NCBI GenBank assembly: GCA_025201805.1
Contig: MU619240.1
Location: 141,603-205,602 of the forward strand
Direction of reading: 5' to 3'
Length of the DNA: 64,000 nucleotides
DNA from: Parasitella parasitica NRRL 2501
Taxonomy: Eukaryota; Fungi; Mucoromycota
Part shown: positions 16,241 to 29,100 of the stretch, one piece after another
Numbering within the stretch: the stretch's first letter is position 1
Layout: every line of letters starts with the position of its first letter
Notes under the pieces: model-generated
Seen by the model: only the letters and a program-made list of their open reading frames with translations
Databases searched by the model: none
What the model was told of the DNA's origin: nothing
Position numbers and translations under genes: made by a program

Positions 16241-18048
16241 TTAGATTGTATTACTAACAGCTTGTTGGCTATCAACAATCTTATCAAGACCAAGCTGCTT
16301 GTCAGTCCACATAGGGGTAGGCTCAACCGCATTTTCAACACCTACACCTGCGCAACCTCCTTGAGCAGACCAATCTTCAACGCGCTTGAAGCCGTAGCGA
16401 GTCCAGATCTTATCGAGCGATTGGACAAGCTCATCAATCATAGGAGCATTGTGTCCAGGAGTAGGAGTGATGCGAAGACGCTCTTCGCCAACAGGGACAG
16501 TAGGATAATTGATACTTTGGACGTAAATGTCGTGTTCAGACAAAAGCTCATCAGATGCCAATTTAGCGGCAGCAGCATCGCCCATGAGAACAGGCACAAT
16601 GTGAGAGGGATTGGGGATGACAGGAATACCAATTTGACCCAAACGAGACTTGACAGTGCGAGTGTTGATCTGCTGAAGGTTACGCTCAGCTCTGGATCCC
16701 TTGAGATACTTTACGGATTCCATGGCGCCAGAAACAACGGCAGGAGGGAGGGACGTGGTGAAGATGAACCCTGGAGCATAGGAACGAATCATGTCGACAA
16801 GGTAGGCAGAGCCAGCAATATAACCGCCCACGACACCGTAAGCTTTACCCAAAGTGCCAGTAACAATGTCAATCTCGTCCAAGATACTGCCATTGCCCAT
16901 GGTAGGATTGGAGGCATTCAGGTCGTAATCAAGATGCTCAGCTACGCCTGCGCCGCGAGGGCCATACATACCAACAGCATGTACTTCATCCAAAAAGGTG
17001 ATGGCACCATACTTCTTGGCTAAATCGACAATCTTGCGGATAGGGCCAATGGAGCCGCACATGGAATAAACAGATTCAAAAGCGATGATCTTTGGGACAC
17101 TGGGATCAACAGATTGTAAGAGTTGTTCGAGGTGCTCCATGTCGTTGTGACGGAAAATCTTTTTGGGAGCACCAGAATGGCGCATACCTTGGATCATGGA
17201 AGCGTGGTTCAATGCATCAGAGAAAATAACGCAGCCAGGCAGCTTGGAGGCAAGCGTCGACAAAGTAGCGTCGTTGGCGACATAACAAGAAGAAAATACA
17301 AGAGCGCCTTCCGTATGATGAAGGTCGGCTAATTCAGATTCGAGACGTAGGTGAAGATCAGCATTTCCGGCAATATTGCGTGTTCCACCAGCACCAGCTC
17401 CATAGCGATCCAAAGTGCGTCTAAATGGCTGATGTTAGTATTTGTTTATACTGAAAAAAGGGGGTGTGAGAGGGAAAATTATCGGAGACATACTTCATTG
17501 TATCGGTCAAGACAGGACTTCTTCCCATGCCCAAATAATCGTTAGCACACCATACAGTTACTTCGTCGGTGACACGAGCCGTGTGAGCACGAGGAAACTT
17601 TTGAGCCAAGCGGTTGATGTTGTTGAAGTAACGGTAGCTTTTGTCCTTGTGTTTCTTGTCCAATTCTTCTTGATAAAAACTCTCATAGTCGAAATGCCTC
17701 TTAGTCTGATGAGACACAGCAACAGCAGCGGGAGTGGTAACTGGGATGGGACCCTGGCCATGATTGGTGACTAAGAAGAATTGGTAAGTATACACATCTC
17801 CGCCATGGATTTAGTCAATCAGACTCACTAGCAGTTGCCTTTACAGGCATGGAGGGTGATTGAGAAGTGGCCTTGGTGGTTGAAAGGGAACGAGATTGGA
17901 TAGCTTTGCTCATGATGGGGCACTGCTGAGCTTTGTTCATCAAAGGGCTCATGGCACTGTTTCCAGTCGTAAGTCTACGAAGAGACGAAATAGAAGCAAC
18001 ATGAATAAATGGACACGATTTCTTTGCTTGCATCAAAGCGATCTCCAT
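16241..18048 (-). CDS. HEM1: 5-aminolevulinate synthase, mitochondrial (3 exons)
   Basis: [32 protein letters not shown]-lysine motif GTLGKAYG and INYPTVP. N-terminal presequence with CP motifs. Confidence 0.97.
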
Positions 18049-18326
18049 TGTTGAAATTATAAAAAGTAGGGGGATTTGAAGAGTATGAGAGAAGGATAAG
18101 GACAAGAAAAGTGTAAGAGAAAAACGTTCTTATAAACAAAAGAGAGTCGATTTGTGTCTTTTAACGTGTGGGGAGGTCAATCTTATAGTTTTTTTTTTTC
18201 TTTTTTCAAGGTTCCGACACAAACCAAGGCCAATCGTTGTCAGATTTGCTAAGATTATTTGACACAAATTTATTACAACCTGTAAACTGCAAGTAGGTGG
18301 TGATATTGTACAACAATAGGCATTTT

Positions 18327-19452
18327 TTAAAGTTCATCTTTGGCCAAAATTATTGCCGGGGAGGCCGTTGCAAGCATCGAATCAACAATTGATTTTGTGA
18401 TAGTAGCTGGTTGTGCAATCACAGTTGTAATCGCTGCAGCCAGCTTTTCCTTGCTCCTTTTGGTTTGACTCAACCACGCTACCCACGAAATACCAACATC
18501 CCATGTGCGCTTCTTTATAATGTACAAGACAACTGAGCTAAACATGAGCAAACCAAATAAGAGCAAGAGCCGATCGAACCAGTCTGAGGCTTCAAGCTGA
18601 GTAATCACATTTTTAGAAATATGAATCAAGGATCCCAAGTTTTGATATTCCGTGTGTGTCGATGCTAAAGTCCTTGACGATTCGGCTGAATGGTACATGA
18701 GGGTCCAAAATGTAGTATTATAAGAAAAAGGAAAAACTTACCAAGCATGCTGGCTGAAAATGTACTTTTCCCTAATTCTTGCTGCATAAGCGTGCTGGTC
18801 CTTTTCAATGCTTCGGTGACATCTGAAGATGCACGTAGTACTGCTTCATCATGTCGTCTATATGGTTGAAAGTTACGTTAGCAAAAGGCAAAAGCAATGT
18901 CCAGTTTTAATTGATTGAGAACATTACCCTTTCTGCAATCCTTTTTGTTTTAATTCGTATTGTTCTGTAAAGCTTTTGCCGTTCATTCGTTTGCTGCCAA
19001 TGCCAAACAACTCTTCTCTATTTCTCTTCTCTTCATCATTAACTCGTTTCTTTGAAAGCAATATAGCTTGGCGTGAGCTAACTTGTAATCTACAAGATAC
19101 CATTACTACTTGTCACATAATCCACACAGAGTTCAACTCGACACCTACTGCTTTAGTTGATTGTCGTATTCAGCAAGTCGATTTAAAATCTTGATTTTGG
19201 ATGATTCTGTATCTTGTTCTTCTGCCAACTGCTTTACTACCTGTAGAAGAGCTAAGAAACAAAGAAAACCATGCACAGCAGCAATATCTCTACCTCGATA
19301 TCGGTTGCTAGGCAACGGACACTAGATCTGATTAGTTCGGCTACTTCTTTTTGAACAGTGATAGAGTCAACATGATGCAGCTTTTCAACTTGTCTTTGAC
19401 ATTCTGCTGCTAGTCTACTAAGGGATCTAAAGCTGTTTTCTACAGTGGCCAT
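18327..19452 (-). CDS. SEC20: ER SNARE Sec20, multi-exon
   Basis: Coiled-coil N-terminus, SNARE-like segment (SDVTEALKRTSTLMQQELGKS...), TM segment DRLLLLFGLLMFSSVVLYIIKKR and a lumenal tail ending KDEL. Confidence 0.82.
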
Positions 19453-19861
19453 TTGGGCGAAAAATGCAAAAGAAATCTACGTGGCAATTCGCTGGGCGTT
19501 ACAACTCCGTGAGAAGCAAACTGATGCACATGAGATCATTCTTACAACTTCAAATACATTGGACTTTCGAGATCAAGGCTACTTTGTACATGAAAACCAC
19601 AGGAAACCACATCAAACGCTATATAAAATAGGTGCATTTTTTGTAGAGCAAAGTCCTAGCTACAAGGCCCCACCATTTACAACACGAAAGCATGGCTCTA
19701 CTTGCGTTTGAAGGACAACCTTGTTCTCAACAGGTGGCTTGGGCTATTCCTCATAGTAAAAAAATTTTATTTTTTCAATTGCATAGAATAATCGATCCGT
19801 GTATTTCTTCTTTTTTCTTCCTTACACTTTAATCCTTCAAAAATAAACCCCCTTCTCTCCA

Positions 19862-21786
19862 ATGAGCGATAAACTTACCCGTATTGCTATCGTTAGCGCT
19901 GACAAGTGCAAGCCCAAGAAGTGTAGACAAGAATGGTAATAATTCATGGAAAAAAATGTAGCAAATCATGATGCTAAAGACTTTTATTTGATTAGTAAAC
20001 GTTCTTGTCCCGTGAACCGTATGGGTACGTAGCCAGCAACTTGTATAGCCTAAAATTATATGGATATGTCTAACATGTTTGGCTACTAGGTAAGTTTTGT
20101 ATCGAAGTTGAAAATACTTCCAAAATTGCCTTTATTTCTGAAGAGCTGTGTATTGGTTGTGGTATTTGTGTTAAGAAATGTCCTTTTGGTGCAATTCACA
20201 TTATCAATTTACCTACCAATCTCGATGGAGAGGTCACTCACCGTTACTCTGCCAACTCTTTCAAACTCCATCGTTTGCCTGTACCTCGCTCTGGGCAAGT
20301 ATTGGGTTTAGTTGGTACTAACGGTATCGGAAAATCAACCGCTTTAAAGATTCTCTCTGGTAAGATGAAGCCCAATTTGGGCAAATTCGAGAACCCTCCT
20401 GACTGGCAAGACATCTTGAAGTACTTCCGTGGCTCCGAATTGCAGAATTATTTTACCAAGATTTTGGAAGACAACCTAAAGGCTATCATTAAACCTCAGT
20501 ACGTTGATCACATTCCCAAAGTCGTCAGTGGTGAAGTTCTCAACTTGTTGACGGATAAGCATGAGCGCAACAATCTGGAGGACATGATCCAGTCTTTGGA
20601 TCTCAAAGATGTGCTCAAGCGTGAGGTTGGTCAACTATCTGGTGGTGAATTGCAGAGATTCGCAATTGCCGTTGTCGCCGTTCAACAAGCTGATGTCTAC
20701 ATGTTTGATGAACCTTCTTCTTACTTGGACGTTAAGCAACGTTTGAATGCAGCTCGTGTCATTCGCTCTCTTTTGTCTTCAACGACTTACATCATTTGTG
20801 TCGAGCACGATTTGTCTGTTTTGGATTACCTTTCTGATTATATCTGTATTCTTTATGGCAAACCTTCTGCCTACGGCGTTGTCACTCTTCCCTACTCTGT
20901 TCGCGAAGGTATCAATATCTTCTTGGATGGTCAAATCCCTACCGAGAATTTGCGTTTCCGTGAAGATTCCTTGACTTTTAAGATTGCCGAAACTGCTAAT
21001 GAAGCTAGTGTCTCGACTGTCAACACTTATAAGTATCCCAAGATGCAAAAAATTCTCGGTGATTTCAAATTGGATGTTGAAGCGGGCGAATTCCAAGATT
21101 CTGAAATTATGGTCATGTTGGGTCAAAACGGTACTGGTAAAACCACCTTTATTCGCTTGTTGGCTGGTCTTTTGAAGCCTGATGGTGACGCCAAGGTTCC
21201 CCAATTAAACGTTTCTTACAAACCTCAAAAAATTTCACCTAAATTTAAGGGTACCGTCCGTATGCTGTTCTTGAAGAAGATTAAGGGTGCCTTCTTGAAT
21301 CCTCAATTCAACACTGATGTCATAAAGCCATTGAACATTGAAAATATCATTGATCAGGAAGTGATGCATTTATCCGGTGGTGAATTGCAGCGTGTTGCCA
21401 TTGTGCTGGCTCTAGGTCAACCCGCTGATATCTATCTTATTGATGAGCCTTCCGCTTATCTTGATTCAGAACAGCGTATTATTGCCGCCAAGGTTATCAA
21501 GCGCTTCATTATTCATTTCAAGAGAACTGCTTTCATTGTAGAGCACGATTTCATCATGGCTACGTATCTTGCCGACCGTGTCGTTGTCTATGAGGGTACT
21601 CCTTCTGTCCACGCCATTGCCAATACTCCCCAATCCTTGTTATCTGGTATGAACAAGTTCTTGGCGTCTCTCGAAATCACTTTCCGTCGTGATCCCACCA
21701 ACTTTAGACCTAGAATTAACAAGCCTGACTCTCAACTAGATCAAGATCAAAAGTCAACTGGCAACTACTTTTTCTTAGATCAATAA
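19862..21786 (+). CDS. RLI1: ABCE1/Rli1 ribosome recycling ATPase (Fe-S domain plus two ABC domains)
   Basis: [11 protein letters not shown] and [13 protein letters not shown] Fe-S motifs across short 5' exons; GTNGIGKST; LSGGELQR twice; DEPS twice. Confidence 0.97.
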
Positions 21787-21907
21787 GTTTCGCTATTCCT
21801 TTAGAATCTCTCCTCTCTCTCTTTACGCGCCCACACTCATCCTTATTTTCTTTATTACCAACTTTGTTGTTTTTGTTATCTCCCAATTTATTTCCTTTTT
21901 TTTTTTT

Positions 21908-21917
21908 NNNNNNNNNN
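21908..21917. other. Assembly gap (10 N) within T-rich sequence
   Basis: N run flanked by poly(T). Confidence 0.98.
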
Positions 21918-22374
21918 CCTTTTTTTTTTTTCTTTTTTTTTTCCTGCTCTGTGAAAATAAATGTCTACCTGTGTAAATTGCTTACCATTCAATAAACTTG
22001 TGATAGTGCTGCTTTCAACTTGTTTCTGTTTCTAACGGCTCTATACTCATTATTCGAATTAGTTTGATGAGCGCATTTGCCCAGATACTGCGTATAAGGA
22101 TTGTGCTTTCTTTGACTGCCCACACTTTTCAATAGCAAGTAGTAGTAGTAGGGGAATAATTGCATTAATAAAATTTCGTCAGTCTGAAATGATTCAACTT
22201 GATTGTAAAATACAGTATTAATCATCGCTGGTAAAAAGTTACGGAAACTTACTAGAAACAAGAAATTTGTGTTAGGTATGATGCGTGTATGTATATTTTA
22301 TTGATAGAATAATGAAAGGAAAACAAAACAAAAAACAAATTGTGCTCAACAAAAGGATCAAGCAAGATGCAAGG

Positions 22375-23684
22375 TTATTTCTTTTCGTCAGCTTCAGGTT
22401 TTTTTTCTTCAATGTGGACACCAAATTGCTTCTTTCTTGAAACAATATTCCAGTAGTATTGCCAACCGAAAGATCCCAAAGTGAGGACAATAACAAAAGC
22501 AAGCATGACATAAACGGGGGTTCTGATAATGTATACATTGACATGGTTTTTGTTGCCATCAAATACAGATAAAAAAGCGTTGATCAGACCAGTATGAATA
22601 AATAAGTCCAGGCCCAGTATAAGCAAATATCCGCCAGTGAATGCTGTACAGAATATGACAATGTAGCTTTCAGCGAGAATCAGCAGGATGCCAAACACAA
22701 CGCCCATGCCTACTATAAAACAAATGCGTGCCACGGCCTTCAGTATTGAAAAAATGCTTAGTGTTTGTTTGAATTTTAGAGCACAATTTCTTTTGAACAC
22801 TTACAATCTGGATCACCAAATTTTCCTTCCATGATAAAATGAACACTGCAAGGAATAGACCAGCAAGGCCTCCAATGAAATACAGTGAAACACCAAATAA
22901 GAAAATAAACATAAAAGCACCAACAAGGCCAAGTCCAACGCTGACACAAATGTATACAATCTCATTGTGGGGGTACCCATACAGAGGTTCATTGTTGACA
23001 AGGCCAATCCATGTCATAAGAGCTGTATTAAAGATTATATCAGGCTCTGTTCAATACGCATCAGCTAATATGTATTTACCGAAAAATACAAAGCCAACTG
23101 CTGCCAAAGTACCTCGGAAGGAACTAAAGCCAAATATCAAAAAGTAAAGACCTATCAGCATTATGACAATGCCAGTGAAGCCCTGAGCGACAGAAATGCC
23201 GTATCCGTACGTGTCTACAAAACTGCCCATGTCAACATAAAGCCCATTAAGATACACAGCAAGACTTACGCCATAGGTAGGTGCTCCAACATTTATCATC
23301 ACATGTAGCTTTCTTTCCTCCGCTATTACTGCTCTTGGTAGTGGTCTTTGCTTTTGTTGCAGTAACCGTTTTGGTGACAGTTTTAACATTTCCATTTCCA
23401 CAGTAGACAGTACTAGTTATAGTTTGCCAGAGATTGTTAAGACCAGAAACAACAACTTTTGCGTTGTTATCATGTTTGCTGTTGCAATCATTAGCCCAAT
23501 TTTCATATAAAATTAAGGATTCTTCTAAGTCTCTTTTTATAAATCTGGCAGCAGGTGTAGGAGAGCCTTGGTTTCTCTTCATGATTGCTCCTCCATCCGC
23601 TGTGCGAGTTGGTTGTGGTGGTTGAATTACAATTGCATGAACAACAGTAGACACTAATAATAGTAACAATAAATGCAATCTCAT
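22375..23684 (-). CDS. DUF4203/TM7S3-TMEM198-like multipass membrane protein with signal peptide (paralog A)
   Basis: Signal peptide MRLHLLLLLLVSTVVHA, Thr-rich stalk with Cys motifs, then ~7 Gly-rich hydrophobic segments including CTAFTGGYLLILGLDLFIHTG. Confidence 0.78.
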
Positions 23685-24169
23685 TATAATCTAAATCAGA
23701 TGAAAAACAATGAATCATGATAACAGCAGGAAATCCTTTGGGTTTTATATATCAAGCAAATGTTTTCAGACTTCCATTAATACTTTAATGTGTAACTGCT
23801 TGTTGGATGCATTTTGAGACTTTCCTTATTAAGAGCAATGTTTTTCAATTGCAAGGCATGAATGTCATTATATATAGAACAGGGTATTGTTGTATCACAT
23901 TACAAAAAGAGTCAATCATTTTTATTAGACTATACATAATACATAGTGTATTCGATTAAACATGCGAACCCATGGACTTAAATGCAAGATATCCATTTGT
24001 TTTATACATGTTTATAGGCCACTGCAATGGAGGAGGAGGGAGCAAGAGGATGTGACTCGAAGGGGATGCTTCAACAGTGGCTTTTCTGGTAGTACATATC
24101 AATTTTTTCAGACGACCGCAGTGTAATCTCTGTTTCTTCACAAACTTCAACATCAACAGCAAGAAAGCA

Positions 24170-25214
24170 ATGGTAAACACAAAGCGCAAGCCCTCAAGTA
24201 TCTGTCCTGAATGCGGTTCCCAAGTAGAGCGATATATCATTAATACTGATTGCGAAATTAGCATGTGCGAAAGTGTAAATGTAAGTATTTTGTAGTTTTA
24301 TAAAAACGCAAAGCCTTATACTGAAGATTCTCGTTTAGTGTAGCTATCCGTTTAATGAACAAAGTGGAGAGGGGCTTAGTATTGAGACTCCCAACACAAG
24401 TTTCATACGGTACAGTAAAACAAATAGTAAAGCATCATCGTTATCTAACACTGTTGCAGTGCCAACACCAGACGATGATAATAATGCTAAATCTGCAAAG
24501 AAAGCTAGAACTAGCTCATATAAGCTTGCTTCAAGCTTTTCTTCTGAAAAGAAGCAGAAAGATAAATTAAATTTAACAAAACCATCAACTTCTGATGTAA
24601 AAAAGTCAAGCGAGCATGTAGCACCAGCAACACCACTTGGAGGTGCTAAAGTTGGGTTACATATCAGTACTTTTACACATACCCAAGAGCAATCCCAAGT
24701 CATATCGACTACGTCGTTTACTCCACCTCCTGAAACAGATTATCAGGAGTCAAAGTCATCAGTATCATCAGCATCTGCTTCAACATCAGCATCACCAATT
24801 ACAGCCGTATTCTCACCGCCATCATCTTCTTCAGCGTTGAACTTGTTTGAGTTTGCATTGCCATCGCCAACTAGCGAGACTTTGTCAAGTCAACTAGATA
24901 ATAGTGAGTTAATCGCAGGATATGACCCTGTAATTACAAACTTACTAAACTACTATGCAGACATAACACAGAAGGCTCCTTCGCCGGTTAAACCGACTGA
25001 TATCACAAGCATCACTGCTGGCTTATGTTTACCCCCAATAGCTGCCGCCAGAGTTGCCAAGGTTCCTGCAAGCAATATTTCATCTGTTCATGACTATACC
25101 CTAGGTGACATAGAATCTCTTCTTTCAGCTGACAATGTGGACCCTCCTTTACAAAATAACTCTCAAATTGAAGAACTGTCCTGGATGGAAGATTACAACG
25201 ACCTTTTTTTGTGA
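24170..25214 (+). CDS. Uncharacterised ~328-aa protein with N-terminal C4 zinc ribbon and Ser/Pro-rich tail (exons 24170-24280, 24339-25214)
   Basis: Removing intron GTAAGT...TTTAG gives CPECG-x16-CESVNCSYPF in frame with the 24459 ORF. Confidence 0.75.
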
Positions 25215-26080
25215 TTTTTGCCATCAATGTCAATACGGATTGAACATTTACTTTCCTGCAAGTAATAAAGCAAAGCATTTACAGAGTAAATTGGCTTGCC
25301 AAAATGGTTATATTTGAATTTTTTTGTCATTTTTCACGGTTTCATCGTGGATCTCAACAAGATTGAGTAGCTTTCTTTTGCTCACTGTGGTTAGCAATAG
25401 GCCTTTTTTTTATTTTTTATTTTTTGTCAGATGTGATATGATATGATTTGAATGTTTATTGAGCAAAACGAGTTTTATAGAAAGTGATCAATACATACAT
25501 TCTACATGGGAGAACTTTATTTATCTTGAAGAAATACAAGTCTTTCCGTAGATGGCTCTTGATTTGTAACTCGAGGCTATCGTGCTCTGCTTTTTATGCT
25601 TATGCATTGATTTCAAGTGAAGACTTGAGCCGCAAATCCTGAGTAATCAAATATACGCTTCATTGTCCATTAGAACATACTGAGCAACGCATAAGCTTGA
25701 ATACCATGTTAAAATTTGGTATTATATGATTCCTCCAACATCAGTTAATCAATTCTCAGAAAGTCTTTTCTTTTTGGCTACATTTTGATTTCAACTAATT
25801 AAGTAGCCAGAAAAGCTGAAGCGATGAGAATGGGCGATACATTAGAGTGTTCACAGCTACCTGCATTTGACATCTGCTTCCCAAATAGCCCTTGTACGAT
25901 GTTTTCAGTGTTGCATTAATAGTTTTTTTCGTCGTCTCTTCATCTTTCCAAGTGCTTATTGTCCTGGCTCAAGAGTCAAATGAGAGCTACCACGTCTCTA
26001 GGCAACACAATCAAGTGTAGATCCATCAAAAGCACATTCAAAAGAGTCACCTGCACTCAGCCACCTTTCAAACCCTTTTG

Positions 26081-26083
<3 letters not shown>

Positions 26084-26139
<56 letters not shown>
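26084..26139. repeat. 56-nt poly(T) tract just upstream of the POL5 start codon
   Basis: Uninterrupted T run ending 47 nt before the ATG at 26186. Confidence 0.9.
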
Positions 26140-26140
<1 letters not shown>

Positions 26141-26185
26141 TTCTGTTTGGTCTTTTGACATCTTGAAGTTTATTAAACCAATATA

Positions 26186-29100
26186 ATGGCTACTACCACA
26201 CTTCAACTGTATTGGGATCTTGCCTCTTTCGATCCCAGTGCCAGAAAAACAGCAGTGCTATCTCTCATCAAGACTTTGGCCGATTTCCAAAAGAATCATG
26301 AGGAAACCTTGGATGTCAAAAATGACATTGCAGATACCGAGGAAAAGCTGGACCTCCTCTGTGCTTCCGATGTTTCTTATGCTGTCCGTCGTTTGCTTCG
26401 TGGTCTTCCGTCTTCTAGACAAGGTGCTCGTCAAGGCTTCTCTCTGGCATTGACCGAAGTATGTCACTGATCCCTCCCGATGCTAACATTTCACTCATTT
26501 CACATCAATCTTTCTTCAATTTGTAGCTTCTTGCCATTGTTGATGTTGTTTCCGCCAAGTTGGTACTCGATCTTTTATTTCAATACACAGAGCGAACTGG
26601 ATCTATGAGTGGTGACGAGACTCGTGATATGTTGTTTGGTCGACTGTTTGGTTTAATGTCCATTGTTGCTGCAGGTATGCTTGCCAGATCTTCTACTACC
26701 ACGCAAGATATTGTGCGAATTGTTGAGAGCCTACATGAAATGGCTAAATGCAAGTCTTACCTTGCGGAAGTATGCCACCATGTCGTTATCAACACTCTTC
26801 CTCATGTAAGTTAATTTTGTGTGTCGTTGATGGATCTCTATGCTTAATGCTGACATGTCAATGTCAATCTCATAGTTGAGGAATACAGAGCATCAGATAG
26901 AGGTTGTAGAGAAAATCAAGGAACTGTTCTTGGAAGGCCCTATCGTCAACGTGGATCAACTCAATCTTGTCCTCGCTATTCAACAAAAGCTTGAAAATGT
27001 CGATCTATCTGCTCAGTTAGTTAACTTGAAGAGCGCAACCATCTTGGATGCCGCCAATTTGAACATTTTAGCAAGCATTCTTAGAGAGATTCCAGTAGAC
27101 ACTCAAGAGGCTTTAGCTGATTGGAAGCCTCAACTTCACTCTGTTTGGGATCCCATACTCGCTGTTTATTTTAAAAAGTCTCAGCCCAAAAACATTGCCT
27201 CTTTTCAGGAATTCTGGACGGTTGCTGTTGACAGTAAGTGCTGGATGGGATGCTATAACCACACAAAATTATGTATTGATATCGGTACTAGACACTATGT
27301 TTGAAAATAACGCTTCCCATGGTCGTAAGTATTGGGGCTTTCAACTCGTTGAAAAGGTTTTGCGCCGTCTTTCAGCCGAGCAAATGCCATTGATCTTTAC
27401 CAGAAATTTTATGAGAACTTTTATCAACAACTTGTCTTCTGAGGATCGCTTCTTGAACAGAGCTGCAAGACATACTGTAGGTATAATTTAGTATCAAACT
27501 CACGCACATACTAAATGGAACCTTTTCATGCAGGCTCAAGTTATTCAAGATGCCGCAGAGGAAAATAAGCAAGTTGGCTTTGCACTGATTACCCAACTTT
27601 TGGGCGATAATGGCCACCAAAATTTTGACCGTATCACTCATACAAAGACTGTTGAAAACTTGCTGACTGCCATGGACACTCAGGGCATCAAGTCTTATCT
27701 TGAATACCTCGCACAAACGTTCATAAAGACTGATGACAGCTCTAGCAACTCTAATCGTGAATGGGCCTTGACACAAATGACATTGTTGGTCACTAACGCA
27801 AAAATCCCCAAGGAAGAGGATTGGGTCACTCAACTTGTACAATTCTTGATGATTCATGCGTTCTTTGAGGTCAAGTCTGCAGACAAGTCCAAGTCTTATT
27901 TGACTGGGCTTCACAAGCCTGCTCCTGCATTGTCGGATGCTACCGTCAAGCTTTGTCAAACCCGTTTCCAAACTGTTCTTGTCGCACTTAGCAAGCTGCC
28001 TCCTATGAAACAGGCAGCTACTGCTCCCATCAAGACTCGTAAATTAAATGGTATTACAAATGATGGCGAATTATGGGTTTACCAAGCTTTTGAAATCTAT
28101 CAAAGTCTTCAAAAAAACAAGAAACTAACTTCTCGTGTCAACCCTTCAACCAAGACTCGCGAAGCTACTGACAAGGCTGTCAAGATTACGAAAGAACTTC
28201 GAGGCAAGATTGCTAAATTGGACAAGAGCCAAGTTCATGACAGTGTCGAACGTGGTTTTGAAATCCTTTTTCTCAACATCTTACTTCATACTTTGATCAA
28301 TGAAGCTGAAGGCGTTTCTGTTTTGGCTGAATTAATCGACTGTTATGAAAAAACTTTCAGTGCGCCTAAAAATACACAGAAGAAGAAGGCTAAGAAAAGC
28401 CAACAAGATGGGGAGGAAGAGCAACTTGACCCTATCGATGTTATTGTAGATATTCTTATCTCTTTCTTGACCAACGAATCTCCTGTCCTCAAAAACCTTG
28501 CTGAACAAGTATTCGAGATTTTCTCTCACAAACTGACAAGGCAATCTATTGAGATGCTTCTCAATATTTTATCTAGTGGCGAAAATAAGCATGACGGCGG
28601 CGAGCTCTTTGGAGATAATGAGGAAGATTCTGAAGACGATGACGTTGAGATGATTGACATGGATGACATTGATGAAGTTGAATCAGAGGATGATGAGGGT
28701 GACGTTGATGAAGAGCTTCGTCAAAAGGTCGAAGAAGCTATGAGGGCTCAAGGCGTCCACGCTGTCGATGATTCAGATGAAGAGCTGGACGATGATGCCA
28801 TGGCTGCCTTTGATGAAAAGTTGGCCGAAGTCTTTAAACAAAAGAAGATTGCTAAAAATGAAAAGATTACGATGCAGCAAAACGTCATCCATTTCAAGAA
28901 CAACGTTATGGGGCTGATAGTCATTTATGCCCGCAAGAATCCTACCAACCCTCTTGTACTGACGTTGATTGTGCCTCTTTTGAACATTATCCGTGCTACG
29001 CCCTCAAAATCTGTCACCAACCAATTTGTTGAAAAGATTGTTGCTTTCTTAAAGAATCGTCTCTCCAAGTCTCCTGAATATCCCAAAGAACAAGCCGACT

